From Porticoccaceae bacterium (GTDB lineage: Bacteria; Pseudomonadota; Gammaproteobacteria; Pseudomonadales; Porticoccaceae), in assembly GCA_964229255.1 (NCBI GenBank), contig CAXRCX010000011.1, positions 141,546-205,545 on the forward strand: 64,000 bases of DNA. The letters run 5' to 3'. Within the stretch, counting starts at the first letter, position 1; every line of letters begins with the position of its first letter. The translations under genes and the position numbers were made by a program. A model generated the notes under the pieces. The model did not search any database and was not told the DNA's origin. It saw only the letters and a list, made by a program, of their open reading frames with translations. This document shows positions 22,668-31,541 of the stretch, in pieces.

Positions 22668-24039
22668 TTCCTTCTCGACTATCCTCAAGAATAACCCCGC
22701 CGTCGAGTAACTGCTGTCTAATTTCATCAGCTTTAGCAAAGTCTCTATCCTGTTTAGCTTGCTGTCTCGCTGCGATTAGTTGCTCAATCTGTTCGGCAGA
22801 TAGTTGGTCATCGGCTCTGGCTTGGGTAAACCACTGCTCTGGGTCCTGCTGTAGCAATCCAAGTATATCTGCTAAGCCTTTAAGTTCACTCATCAGAGCG
22901 GCTTGGTTATCACCTGAAGCCTGATTGACCGCCTTGGCTAGGCGGTACAGCTCGCTGATAGCCACTGGTGTATTAATATCATCCAACAGCGCCTTGTAGC
23001 CATCGCCCGATGGGTTTAAAACACTTTTTTGAGGCTCTACGCCGCGAATAAATCCATACAGACTGTCAAGGGTGCGCCAGGCACTATCGAGCAATTCCTT
23101 GCTAAAATTTTGCTCTGAGCGGTAATGAGAGGACAAAATTACATAGCGCAGTACTTCTCCCGGGTATTGCTTGAGAAGATCATTAACTAAGCGGAAATTA
23201 CCCAGTGACTTAGACATTTTCTCGCCATCTATGTTAATAAAGCCATTGTGCATCCAGAAATTTGCCAAAGCCTTGCCATCATTGGCACAGCAACTCTGGG
23301 CAATTTCATTTTCATGGTGCGGGAAAATAAGATCATGGCCGCCAGCATGAATATCAATGGTATCGCCCAAGTGCTTTTTGATCATAGCTGAGCACTCGAG
23401 ATGCCAGCCAGGTCGACCGCGACCCCAGGGGCTGTCCCAGCCGGGTTCACTGTCAGCTGAGGGCTTCCAAAGTACAAAATCCCCTGCATATTTTTTGTAA
23501 CCGGCTACTTCAACGCGTGCACCAGCTTCTTGCTCATCGATATTGCGGTTTGATAGCTGGCCATAGGTGGGCATTGATGTCACAGAAAAAAGCACATGAC
23601 CCTTGTCTGCTTTAATTTGACTATCCGCCGCATAGGCATGGCCCTTGTCTATTAGCGTCTGAACCATTTCGATCATCTCTGGGATATGATCAGTGGCATA
23701 GGGAATCTGGTCTGGTGCCAGCGTATTGAGCGCCAACATATCATCAAAATAAGCCTCTGAATATTTCTTAGTTATTACATTAATATCCTGAGATAACTCA
23801 TTAGCTTTATTGATAATTTTGTCATCTATATCGGTTATATTTCGAGCGTATATTACCCTTGGGTAGAGGCTGCGAAGCACGCGATAAACCGTATCAAACA
23901 CCACTGCAGGACGGGCATTTCCAATATGGACAAAGTTATACACCGTAGGACCACAGGCATACATGGTGATACGTTCGGGGTCAATTGGCTCAAATACTTG
24001 CTTGTCACGGGTTAAACTATTGTAGAGTTTAAGTTCCAT
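22648..24039 (-). CDS. cysS: Cysteine-tRNA ligase
   Basis: [34 protein letters not shown]; TAATG overlap with glnS. Confidence 0.98.
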   Translation of the reverse strand: MELKLYNSLTRDKQVFEPIDPERITMYACGPTVYNFVHIGNARPAVVFDTVYRVLRSLYPRVIYARNITDIDDKIINKANELSQDINVITKKYSEAYFDDMLALNTLAPDQIPYATDHIPEMIEMVQTLIDKGHAYAADSQIKADKGHVLFSVTSMPTYGQLSNRNIDEQEAGARVEVAGYKKYAGDFVLWKPSADSEPGWDSPWGRGRPGWHLECSAMIKKHLGDTIDIHAGGHDLIFPHHENEIAQSCCANDGKALANFWMHNGFINIDGEKMSKSLGNFRLVNDLLKQYPGEVLRYVILSSHYRSEQNFSKELLDSAWRTLDSLYGFIRGVEPQKSVLNPSGDGYKALLDDINTPVAISELYRLAKAVNQASGDNQAALMSELKGLADILGLLQQDPEQWFTQARADDQLSAEQIEQLIAARQQAKQDRDFAKADEIRQQLLDGGVILEDSREGTKWRRS

Positions 24040-25694
24040 TAAGCTTTCCAGTTATCTCGTAATCCAATAGTACAGTTAAACACAAGGTTCTCTGACTTGT
24101 TGTCGCGGCAAAAATACCCTTCTCGTTCGAACTGATAGCGATCTGAAGGCTGAGCATTGGCAAGACTGGCTTCAGCCTTACAGCCTTCAACAACCACCAG
24201 TGATTCGGGATTAATATGGTCGGTAAAACTCCCCTCTCCGCCATCAGGTAATGCTTGATTAAACAGTCGGTCGTATAGATTAACCGTACAGTCTACCGAA
24301 TTAATCGCTGAAACCCAGTGTATAACACCTCTTGGCCTTATACCCTCAGGTGCATCGGCACCAACGGTATTTTCGACTACAGATGCTTTAATTTCCTGTA
24401 TCTCGCCATTGTTGTCGCGAATCACTTCATTAGCACGAATAATGTAGGCACCGCGCAACCGGACATATTCGCCCAACACCAAGCGCTTAAATTTCTTGCG
24501 CGATAAGCTAGTATCTTCAGAAAAGTCGGATTGATCAATATAGATTTGACCATCAAAAGGCAGCTCTCTTGTGCCCAAATCATCCCTTTGCGGATGAGAT
24601 GATGCCACGAACAATTCAGACTGGTCATAATTGGTGAAGGTTACCAATAGCGGCTTTAGCACACACATTGCGCGAGGAGCATTATTGTTTAAGTCATCGC
24701 GAATAAAATGATCAAACTGTGCCATATCAACCACACCGTCAGTTTTGGCAACAGCCAAACTATCGCAAAAATTACGAATAGCTTGGGGGCTTACGCCTCT
24801 CCGACGCAAGCCAGATATAGTAGGCATTCTAGGATCATCCCACGCATCTACATGCCCTTCATCCACCAACTGTTTTAGTTTGCGCTTACTGGTAATGCTG
24901 TAATTCAAGTTAAGCCGGCCAAACTCATACTGACGCGGCATGGATGGCACATCTAAATTTTCAATAAACCAGTTATACAGTGGTCTATTGGCCGCAAACT
25001 CCAAGGTGCATATTGAGTGAGTAACGCCCTCTATTGCGTCCTCTTGACCATGGGCAAAATCATAGGCGGGGTAGATATTCCATTTATCGCCTGTTCTGTG
25101 ATGGGCAGTATGCTTAATTCTGTAGAGCACAGGATCACGCATATTGATATTGGGGGATGCCATATCAATTTTAGCGCGCAGGGTCATTGCCCCTTCAGCA
25201 ATATCACCCGCTTTCATCTGTTCAAGCAGTGCCCTGCTCTCAGCGGCGGCTCGGGTGCGATAGGGGCTGTCTTTACCCGGCTCAGTCAATGTGCCACGGT
25301 ACTGGCGCATTTGCTCGGCATTCAGCTCGCAGACATAGGCCTTACCCTGATCAATTAGATCACAGGCCCACTGATAAAACTGGTCAAAATAATCTGAGGC
25401 ATAGCGAATATCGCCACTCCAGTTAAACCCGAGCCACTGAACATCATCGATAATCGACTGAACAAACTCATCGCTTTCTTTTTCTGGGTTAGTATCATCG
25501 AAACGCAGATTGCATTCACCAGAAAACATTTCAGCTAAGCCAAAGTTAACGCAAATAGACTTGGCATGGCCTATATGTAGATAACCATTGGGTTCAGGAG
25601 GGAATCTAGTAATCACTTTTGCGGTTTTACCCGACGCTAAATCATCGCTGATGATTTGCTGTATAAAATTGATTGGTTTGTCACTATCTGTCAT
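24039..25694 (-). CDS. glnS: Glutamine-tRNA ligase
   Basis: [42 protein letters not shown]; likely start MTDSDKP at 25694. Confidence 0.98.
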   Translation of the reverse strand: MTDSDKPINFIQQIISDDLASGKTAKVITRFPPEPNGYLHIGHAKSICVNFGLAEMFSGECNLRFDDTNPEKESDEFVQSIIDDVQWLGFNWSGDIRYASDYFDQFYQWACDLIDQGKAYVCELNAEQMRQYRGTLTEPGKDSPYRTRAAAESRALLEQMKAGDIAEGAMTLRAKIDMASPNINMRDPVLYRIKHTAHHRTGDKWNIYPAYDFAHGQEDAIEGVTHSICTLEFAANRPLYNWFIENLDVPSMPRQYEFGRLNLNYSITSKRKLKQLVDEGHVDAWDDPRMPTISGLRRRGVSPQAIRNFCDSLAVAKTDGVVDMAQFDHFIRDDLNNNAPRAMCVLKPLLVTFTNYDQSELFVASSHPQRDDLGTRELPFDGQIYIDQSDFSEDTSLSRKKFKRLVLGEYVRLRGAYIIRANEVIRDNNGEIQEIKASVVENTVGADAPEGIRPRGVIHWVSAINSVDCTVNLYDRLFNQALPDGGEGSFTDHINPESLVVVEGCKAEASLANAQPSDRYQFEREGYFCRDNKSENLVFNCTIGLRDNWKA

Positions 25695-25899
25695 GTTCGA
25701 TCGCTTAAAGACGAATAAGGTGCGCAGTATAGCTTCCAGTGGCCTTTCGATAAACCTTATCACTAGCAATAAGGGAAGAAATTTGAAAATTGACCAAACA
25801 GTTGCAACTTATTTTCACTAATCGTAAAGATCTCTTTGATTTACTATGATTACAAATTAAACTTATAGGTAGCTTCCTAATAATTTTTTGGACTTTACT

Positions 25900-26409
25900 A
25901 TGATTACACTACGCACCACCATGGGCGATATTTCAATTGAGTTAGACTTTGATAATGCACCAATTACTTCAGCCAACTTTTTAAGCTATGCAAAAGAAGA
26001 TTTTTATAATGACACGGTCTTTCACCGTGTGATTAATGGTTTTATGGTTCAAGGCGGCGGCATGACTGCAGATATGCAGCAAAAGCAAACCAAAGCACCC
26101 ATTGAAAATGAAGCCGACAATGGCCTTAAAAACGATGTAGGCACCTTGGCGATGGCGCGAACTGCAGATCCACACTCAGCCTCTTCGCAGTTCTTTATCA
26201 ATGTATCCAATAACGATTTCCTAAACTTTAGCGGCAAGAACATGCAGGGCTGGGGCTATGCGGTCTTTGGCAAAGTGGTTGGCGGTATGGATATCATCGA
26301 CAAAATTAAAGCGGTGCCGACTGGGAGTGCCTTTGGCCATCAGGATGTCCCATTAGATCCCATTGAGATCACTGAAACTATTATTAGTGAAGAATACGCC
26401 GCCAAATAA
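25900..26409 (+). CDS. ppiB: Cyclophilin-type peptidyl-prolyl isomerase
   Basis: [34 protein letters not shown]; ATG at 25900; followed by lpxH. Confidence 0.95.
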   Translation: MITLRTTMGDISIELDFDNAPITSANFLSYAKEDFYNDTVFHRVINGFMVQGGGMTADMQQKQTKAPIENEADNGLKNDVGTLAMARTADPHSASSQFFINVSNNDFLNFSGKNMQGWGYAVFGKVVGGMDIIDKIKAVPTGSAFGHQDVPLDPIEITETIISEEYAAK

Positions 26410-26420
26410 TATTTATTTTT

Positions 26421-27137
26421 ATGGCTATCCTGTTCGTTTCAGACATGCATTTGTCACCAGAGCGCCCGGAGGTAACTCGGGCGTTTCTGCATTTTCTTGA
26501 GCAGCAAGCTAGCTCCGCAAAAGCACTGTTTGTTCTTGGCGACCTATTTGAGGCATGGATAGGCGATGATGACGACTGTCCAACAGGGGCGCAAATTCAG
26601 CAAGCGTTTAAGCATCTCACCGATAAAGGCGTAGCCCTATTTATTCAGCATGGCAATCGTGATTTTTTTATCGGCAAGCGCTTTATTCAAGCCACAGGCG
26701 CCACATTGCTGGCCGACGAGCACCTGATCGAGCACAACGATCAAACTGTTTTAGTAATGCATGGCGACACCCTTTGCACCGATGATGTGGACTACATTCG
26801 TTTTCGAAAGAAAATACGCCACCCAATCAGTAAGTTTATACTGTTGGCACTACCCCTGAGATTTCGTCAGAAACTGGCCAATGGCATGCGGGCTAAAAGC
26901 AAGGCCGCCAATGCCAATAAGCCCAGCGCTATTATGGATGTTAATACCGACGCTGTAGACGCAGTTTTGTCTAAACATCAGGTTAAAACCTTAATTCATG
27001 GTCATACCCATAGGCCTGATCGCCATCGTCATATTAACGGCGAGAGAATTGTGCTTGGGGATTGGCATGATAAGGCTTGGTATGTGCTATGGGAGGGCAA
27101 TTCTCTCGAACTAAAAAATTTTTCCATCAAAACTTAA
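26421..27137 (+). CDS. lpxH: UDP-2,3-diacylglucosamine diphosphatase
   Basis: SDMHL, LGDLFEAWIGDD, HGNRDF, HGDTLCTDD, HGHTHRP, VLGDW. Confidence 0.96.
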   Translation: MAILFVSDMHLSPERPEVTRAFLHFLEQQASSAKALFVLGDLFEAWIGDDDDCPTGAQIQQAFKHLTDKGVALFIQHGNRDFFIGKRFIQATGATLLADEHLIEHNDQTVLVMHGDTLCTDDVDYIRFRKKIRHPISKFILLALPLRFRQKLANGMRAKSKAANANKPSAIMDVNTDAVDAVLSKHQVKTLIHGHTHRPDRHRHINGERIVLGDWHDKAWYVLWEGNSLELKNFSIKT

Positions 27138-27243
27138 TTTATATTGCCCCACAAACGTATATAAACAGGTTCACCTACTGGAAAACTCTATGGTTTGGAG
27201 TATCATTAACTTATATTTTACTTAATTAATCAGGATATCAACT

Positions 27244-27927
27244 ATGAATACAAATCCAGATAAATATAGTTCAGCCGCTGCCAATGCAGGTATATCTACC
27301 ACTGGTCTAGACCCTGCAGTAGCCAAAGTACTGAGAAACACCTATACCCTTTTGGGTGCAACCCTTGCCTTTAGTGCGGCAATGGCGGGTATTTCTATGG
27401 CAATGAATGCACCCTATTTTGGATTATGGACATTGCTTCCTTATTTTATTTGCCTGTGGATGGTAGAGAAAAACAAGAACAACGCATCAGGTCTGGCGTG
27501 GGTTTTTGCGCTTACCGGCTGGATGGGCTTTACTCTGGGGCCAATTATTAGCATGTATCTCGCGGCTGTGGGTTCGGGTCCAATTATGATGGCATTGGGC
27601 TCTACAGCGCTGGTGTTTTTTGCTGCTTCGGCCTATGTTTTAACCACCCGAAAAAATCTTAACTTTATGACCGGCTTTTTGATGACGGGCATCTTGGTGG
27701 CGTTTGTAGCGGGTATTGCCAATTATTTCTTGCAAATTCCGGCTCTGGCAATCACCGTTAGCGCAGTTTTTGCTTTCCTCTCAGCAGCTATCATTATGTG
27801 GCAAACTAGCGCCATTATTCATAGCGGAGAGAGAAACTATATTTCTGCAACCGTGACGCTTTTTGTAATGATTTACAACTTATTTGTAAGTCTTCTACAA
27901 ATCTTTGGCGTGATGAGTGACGATTAA
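27244..27927 (+). CDS. yccA: Bax inhibitor-1/YccA family membrane protein
   Basis: VLRNTYTLL, seven hydrophobic segments, GERNYISATVTLFVMIYNLFVSLL. Confidence 0.92.
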   Translation: MNTNPDKYSSAAANAGISTTGLDPAVAKVLRNTYTLLGATLAFSAAMAGISMAMNAPYFGLWTLLPYFICLWMVEKNKNNASGLAWVFALTGWMGFTLGPIISMYLAAVGSGPIMMALGSTALVFFAASAYVLTTRKNLNFMTGFLMTGILVAFVAGIANYFLQIPALAITVSAVFAFLSAAIIMWQTSAIIHSGERNYISATVTLFVMIYNLFVSLLQIFGVMSDD

Positions 27928-27952
27928 TTATAAATTGCTAAATGTTCAGCAC

Positions 27953-27979
27953 AAAGCCCTGCTTAATGTGGGGCTTTTT
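27953..27979 (+). terminator. Rho-independent terminator after yccA
   Basis: AAAGCCCTGC-TTAAT-GTGGGGCTTT stem (2 G-U pairs) ending in a T run. Confidence 0.75.
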
Positions 27980-28007
27980 ACTGTTCAAGCAATGGCTGGA
28001 ATAGCTG

Positions 28008-28310
28008 ATGACAGAAAGTAGCAACTACCTGAAACAACTTCCACAATGGTCTGAGGATCTAGCTCATAAGCTAGGCCAAGGTGAAGGCTTGTCGCTTTCC
28101 AATGAGCATATGCAAGTGTTAATTATTGCCCGTAACTTTTATGCCAATTATGGCTTTTCGCCCTCTATGAGGCCCCTTTGTAAGCTGGTAACCGCCGAGT
28201 TGGGCGTGGGTAAAGGTAGAAGCCTGTATTTAAACAAACTGTTCCCTGGAAGCCCCGCTAAGATTGCCGCAAAATTAGCCGGCCTACCAAAACCAAAGAA
28301 CTGTATTTAA
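28008..28310 (+). CDS. tusE: TusE/DsrC-family sulfur relay protein (single C-terminal Cys, TusE type)
   Basis: WSE, SPSMRPL, YLNKLFPGSPAK, AGLPKPKNCI; lacks the second Cys of DsrC. Confidence 0.88.
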   Translation: MTESSNYLKQLPQWSEDLAHKLGQGEGLSLSNEHMQVLIIARNFYANYGFSPSMRPLCKLVTAELGVGKGRSLYLNKLFPGSPAKIAAKLAGLPKPKNCI

Positions 28311-28652
28311 ATGAAATTACTCGATTTCGATCTCAACAACCTGCCCGAAGATCAATGCTTAATAGCAGCAGATCAGCATGCAGAATTATTGACTCAACTC
28401 GATCACTGGGAAGTGATTGAAATAGATTCAGAAGATCGTTTGTTCTGTGTCTTTAAATGCGATGATTTTGTCGCCGCCATGAATTTTGCTCAAGAAATTA
28501 CAGCAATTGCCGAACAGGTAGATCATCACCCTGCTCTGCTGATTGAATGGGGCAAGCTATCGGTGAGCTGGTGGACTCATAGCCTGGGCGGCCTGCATAT
28601 CAATGACTTTATTATGGCGGCATACACACAACTACTCTACAGCAGACAATGA
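28311..28652 (+). CDS. phhB: Pterin-4a-carbinolamine dehydratase
   Basis: DHHP motif and WWTHS..GLHINDFIMAA. Confidence 0.88.
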   Translation: MKLLDFDLNNLPEDQCLIAADQHAELLTQLDHWEVIEIDSEDRLFCVFKCDDFVAAMNFAQEITAIAEQVDHHPALLIEWGKLSVSWWTHSLGGLHINDFIMAAYTQLLYSRQ

Positions 28653-29743
28653 TTGAAATTAATCAGCGAGATCAAAGCAGTTATCAGCAACAGCTCGACA
28701 GCAAGGTAGATCATTACAGATCCCTGATGGCCGATGCTGGTGTTGAGTTGCCGCAATTAGATATCTATAACTCAGCCCCCTCTGGTTTTCGTATGCGCGC
28801 TGAGTTTCGAATATGGCATGAAAATGGGCAAGCCCATTATGCGATGAATAAACCCGGTGAAAAGCGCCCATATATTATCCACGACTTCCCTATTGGTTCA
28901 GCATTGATTAATCAGTTGATGCCAAGAATTTTGGCGGCAGTTAATGCTAGCGACACTCTAAGTTTTAAATTATTTAGCATGGAGTATTTAACCACCACCA
29001 CTGACCAAGCACTGATTACACTTATCTATCACCGCCAACTCGATGAAGAATGGCAACGGGTTGCTACAGAGCTGCAATCGGCCCTCAATATCAAAATTAT
29101 TGGCAGAAGCCGCAAACAAAAGGTGGTTTTAAGCGATGACTTTGTAACAGAAAAGCTGTGGGTAAATAACAGGGAATACAGCTATCAGCAAGTAGAGGCG
29201 AGTTTTACTCAGCCCAATGCTGAGGTCAATCAGAAAATGCTGACATGGGCGAGTGATTGCTTGGCAGAGAGCCGTGGTGATCTAGTTGAACTCTATTGTG
29301 GCAATGGTAATTTTACTGCTGTATTAGCACAATATTTTAACCAGGTCTTAACCACTGAAATATCCAAAGTTTCGGTAACTTCAGCGACGACAAATTTTGT
29401 CGCTAACAATATTGATAATGTCACCATTGCCCGCCTTTCAAGTGAAGAATTTACTCAAGCATTGAATAGAGAGAGAGTTTTTAGGCGATTGGCAGATGTG
29501 GACTTAGACAGCTTTGATTTTTCTACAATCTTTGTAGATCCTCCGCGGGCCGGACTTGATGCAGGTACTGAAAAGCTAGTAACAAAAATGGACAATATTC
29601 TTTATATTTCCTGTAACCCAAACACCTTGGCTGAAAATTTGAAGCAAATCACTAAAACCCACAGGGTCGTAAAAGCAGCATTATTTGATCAGTTTCCCTG
29701 GACCCACCATATAGAATCTGGGGTTTACTTAGAGAGGCGCTAG
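28649..29743 (+). CDS. trmA: tRNA (uracil-54-C5) methyltransferase
   Basis: FRMRAEFRIWH, SFTQPN, ELYCGNGNF, DPPRAG, YISCNP, DQFPWTHHIESG. Confidence 0.96.
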   Translation: MIEINQRDQSSYQQQLDSKVDHYRSLMADAGVELPQLDIYNSAPSGFRMRAEFRIWHENGQAHYAMNKPGEKRPYIIHDFPIGSALINQLMPRILAAVNASDTLSFKLFSMEYLTTTTDQALITLIYHRQLDEEWQRVATELQSALNIKIIGRSRKQKVVLSDDFVTEKLWVNNREYSYQQVEASFTQPNAEVNQKMLTWASDCLAESRGDLVELYCGNGNFTAVLAQYFNQVLTTEISKVSVTSATTNFVANNIDNVTIARLSSEEFTQALNRERVFRRLADVDLDSFDFSTIFVDPPRAGLDAGTEKLVTKMDNILYISCNPNTLAENLKQITKTHRVVKAALFDQFPWTHHIESGVYLERR

Positions 29744-30192
29744 GAGCCCTTTGCCAGCACCTCGGCGGCAGAATTAACTGCCTGCGCATGATTTTTCTCA
29801 ATGGATAGCCGCTCTTTTTCTAATCGGGTCTTTTCCGTCGGAGACAGTGCCTGCCATGCATCTAAAATCGGCAAGTGGGAAGTATCCATCGCAAGAGCTT
29901 GAAAAGCCTCTAGGGGTTTTGCCTGATGTTTTTCAGGACTAAACTGTTGAGCCAAAAACCCAATGCGCATGGCCGCTTCGGTGGAACTGAGGTCGTTTTG
30001 CAACAGTGCCTGAGCTATCACTCTGATGGACTGCTGTGCGTCCATTTGGGACTGCGACTTTGGTTCAAACACTTGTGGTTGAGAGCGTCGTTTTTGCCTC
30101 TGTTTAAGCTTAAATGCCAGAACACAGGCATATAAAAACAAAACAGCGGTAAGTATAGCGCCGGCAATCACTAAAATTTCGAAAATAGACAC
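29740..30192 (-). CDS. DUF2489-like small membrane-anchored protein
   Basis: N-terminal TM helix, basic patch, SIRVIAQALLQNDLSSTEAAMRI pattern; GTG start. Confidence 0.65.
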   Translation of the reverse strand: MSIFEILVIAGAILTAVLFLYACVLAFKLKQRQKRRSQPQVFEPKSQSQMDAQQSIRVIAQALLQNDLSSTEAAMRIGFLAQQFSPEKHQAKPLEAFQALAMDTSHLPILDAWQALSPTEKTRLEKERLSIEKNHAQAVNSAAEVLAKGS

Positions 30193-30220
30193 AAATAAAT
30201 CCTAGAAATGAATTGCCTTG

Positions 30221-31450
30221 TTACGCGTCACCCGAGGGTAATAGTTTATCGGCAATAGCTTTTTTGGTTTTAGCACCCAATGTCTTTAACTCTTCGCTGC
30301 GTTTAACTAGATTGCCCCTTCCAGTTGAAAGGCGCTTAAGAGCCGTATCATAGGCATCTTTGCCTCTATCGAGATGTTTGCCAATATCTTCCAGAGCCTC
30401 GACATGCAGCACAAAATGATCATATAAGGCACCGGCTTTTTCAGCTATTTGTTGAGCATTAATATTTTGATCGGCATAGCGCCACAGATTTTTAATGGTT
30501 CTCAGTGTAACCATCAAGGTGCTGGGACTAACAAGAATAATCCCTCTATCATAGGCTTCACGCATAATATCTGGATCGTTATCAAGGGCAAGCATAAAAG
30601 CAGATTCCACAGGGATAAAAATAAGCACAAAATCGAGGCTGTTGACGGTTTCTAATTTTTCGTAGTTTTTGATATCCAATCCCTTGATATGAGCGCGCAG
30701 GGAATTGAGATGATTTTTTAGAAACTCTTGCCTTTCCTGTTCATCTTGCGCATGGAAATAGCGCTCATAATTAAGCAGACTGGTTTTGGCATCGATGATT
30801 ATATCTTTGCCCTCGGGTAGGCGAATTATTACATCGGGGTTGCGACGCTTGCCCTCCTCGTCTTTAAGCGCGACTTGGGTTTCATATTCACGCCCTTTCG
30901 ATAAGCCGGAATCTTCTAGTAGTTTTTCTAGAACAAATTCACCCCAATTCCCCTGCTGTTTATTATCACCCTTAAGCGCGCTAGCTAGGCTTGCTGCTTC
31001 CGATGATATTTTCATAGTTTGTTTTTGCAGCTCACTGATCTGGCCAGCAAGGCGATTGCGGTCGGCATTTTCTTTCTCATAGGCAGAGGATACCTGTTTG
31101 CGAAAGTCTCCTAAATCTCGTCGCAGAGGGCTAAGAGATGTTTCCAGAGCTTGCTTACTCTGCTCAGAGAATTTATTCTGCTTGTCTTCAAAAATGCGGT
31201 TGGCAAGGTTTTCAAACTCCTGACTCAGATTCGCTTTTGCATCCTGAACTAGCTTTAACTGAGTTTCAAAATGCGCTTGCTGTCCAGAGAGCTTTTCTTC
31301 AAGCACCAGCTTTTCACCCTTGAGCTCGGCAATATCTGCCGACAACTGACTACGACCTATGGAGCGGCCAAAAAAGACACCGACAACCAGTGCGATTAGG
31401 CTAAAGGTTGCGATCAAAAAAGCTGTACTCGAAAAAATATTAAATTCCAT
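30221..31450 (-). CDS. rmuC: DNA recombination protein RmuC
   Basis: N-terminal TM, coiled coil, QGNWGE, PDVII.LP, IDAK, DFVLIFIP, IILVSPSTL, RGNLV. Confidence 0.95.
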   Translation of the reverse strand: MEFNIFSSTAFLIATFSLIALVVGVFFGRSIGRSQLSADIAELKGEKLVLEEKLSGQQAHFETQLKLVQDAKANLSQEFENLANRIFEDKQNKFSEQSKQALETSLSPLRRDLGDFRKQVSSAYEKENADRNRLAGQISELQKQTMKISSEAASLASALKGDNKQQGNWGEFVLEKLLEDSGLSKGREYETQVALKDEEGKRRNPDVIIRLPEGKDIIIDAKTSLLNYERYFHAQDEQERQEFLKNHLNSLRAHIKGLDIKNYEKLETVNSLDFVLIFIPVESAFMLALDNDPDIMREAYDRGIILVSPSTLMVTLRTIKNLWRYADQNINAQQIAEKAGALYDHFVLHVEALEDIGKHLDRGKDAYDTALKRLSTGRGNLVKRSEELKTLGAKTKKAIADKLLPSGDA

Positions 31451-31541
31451 TGGCTAATTGTTCCAGTTAGCTGTAATTTACTTTATGGTTTTGAGATTAT
31501 AGCGTTTTAATCAAAAATTAAATAAGTCTAATATTAACTAG

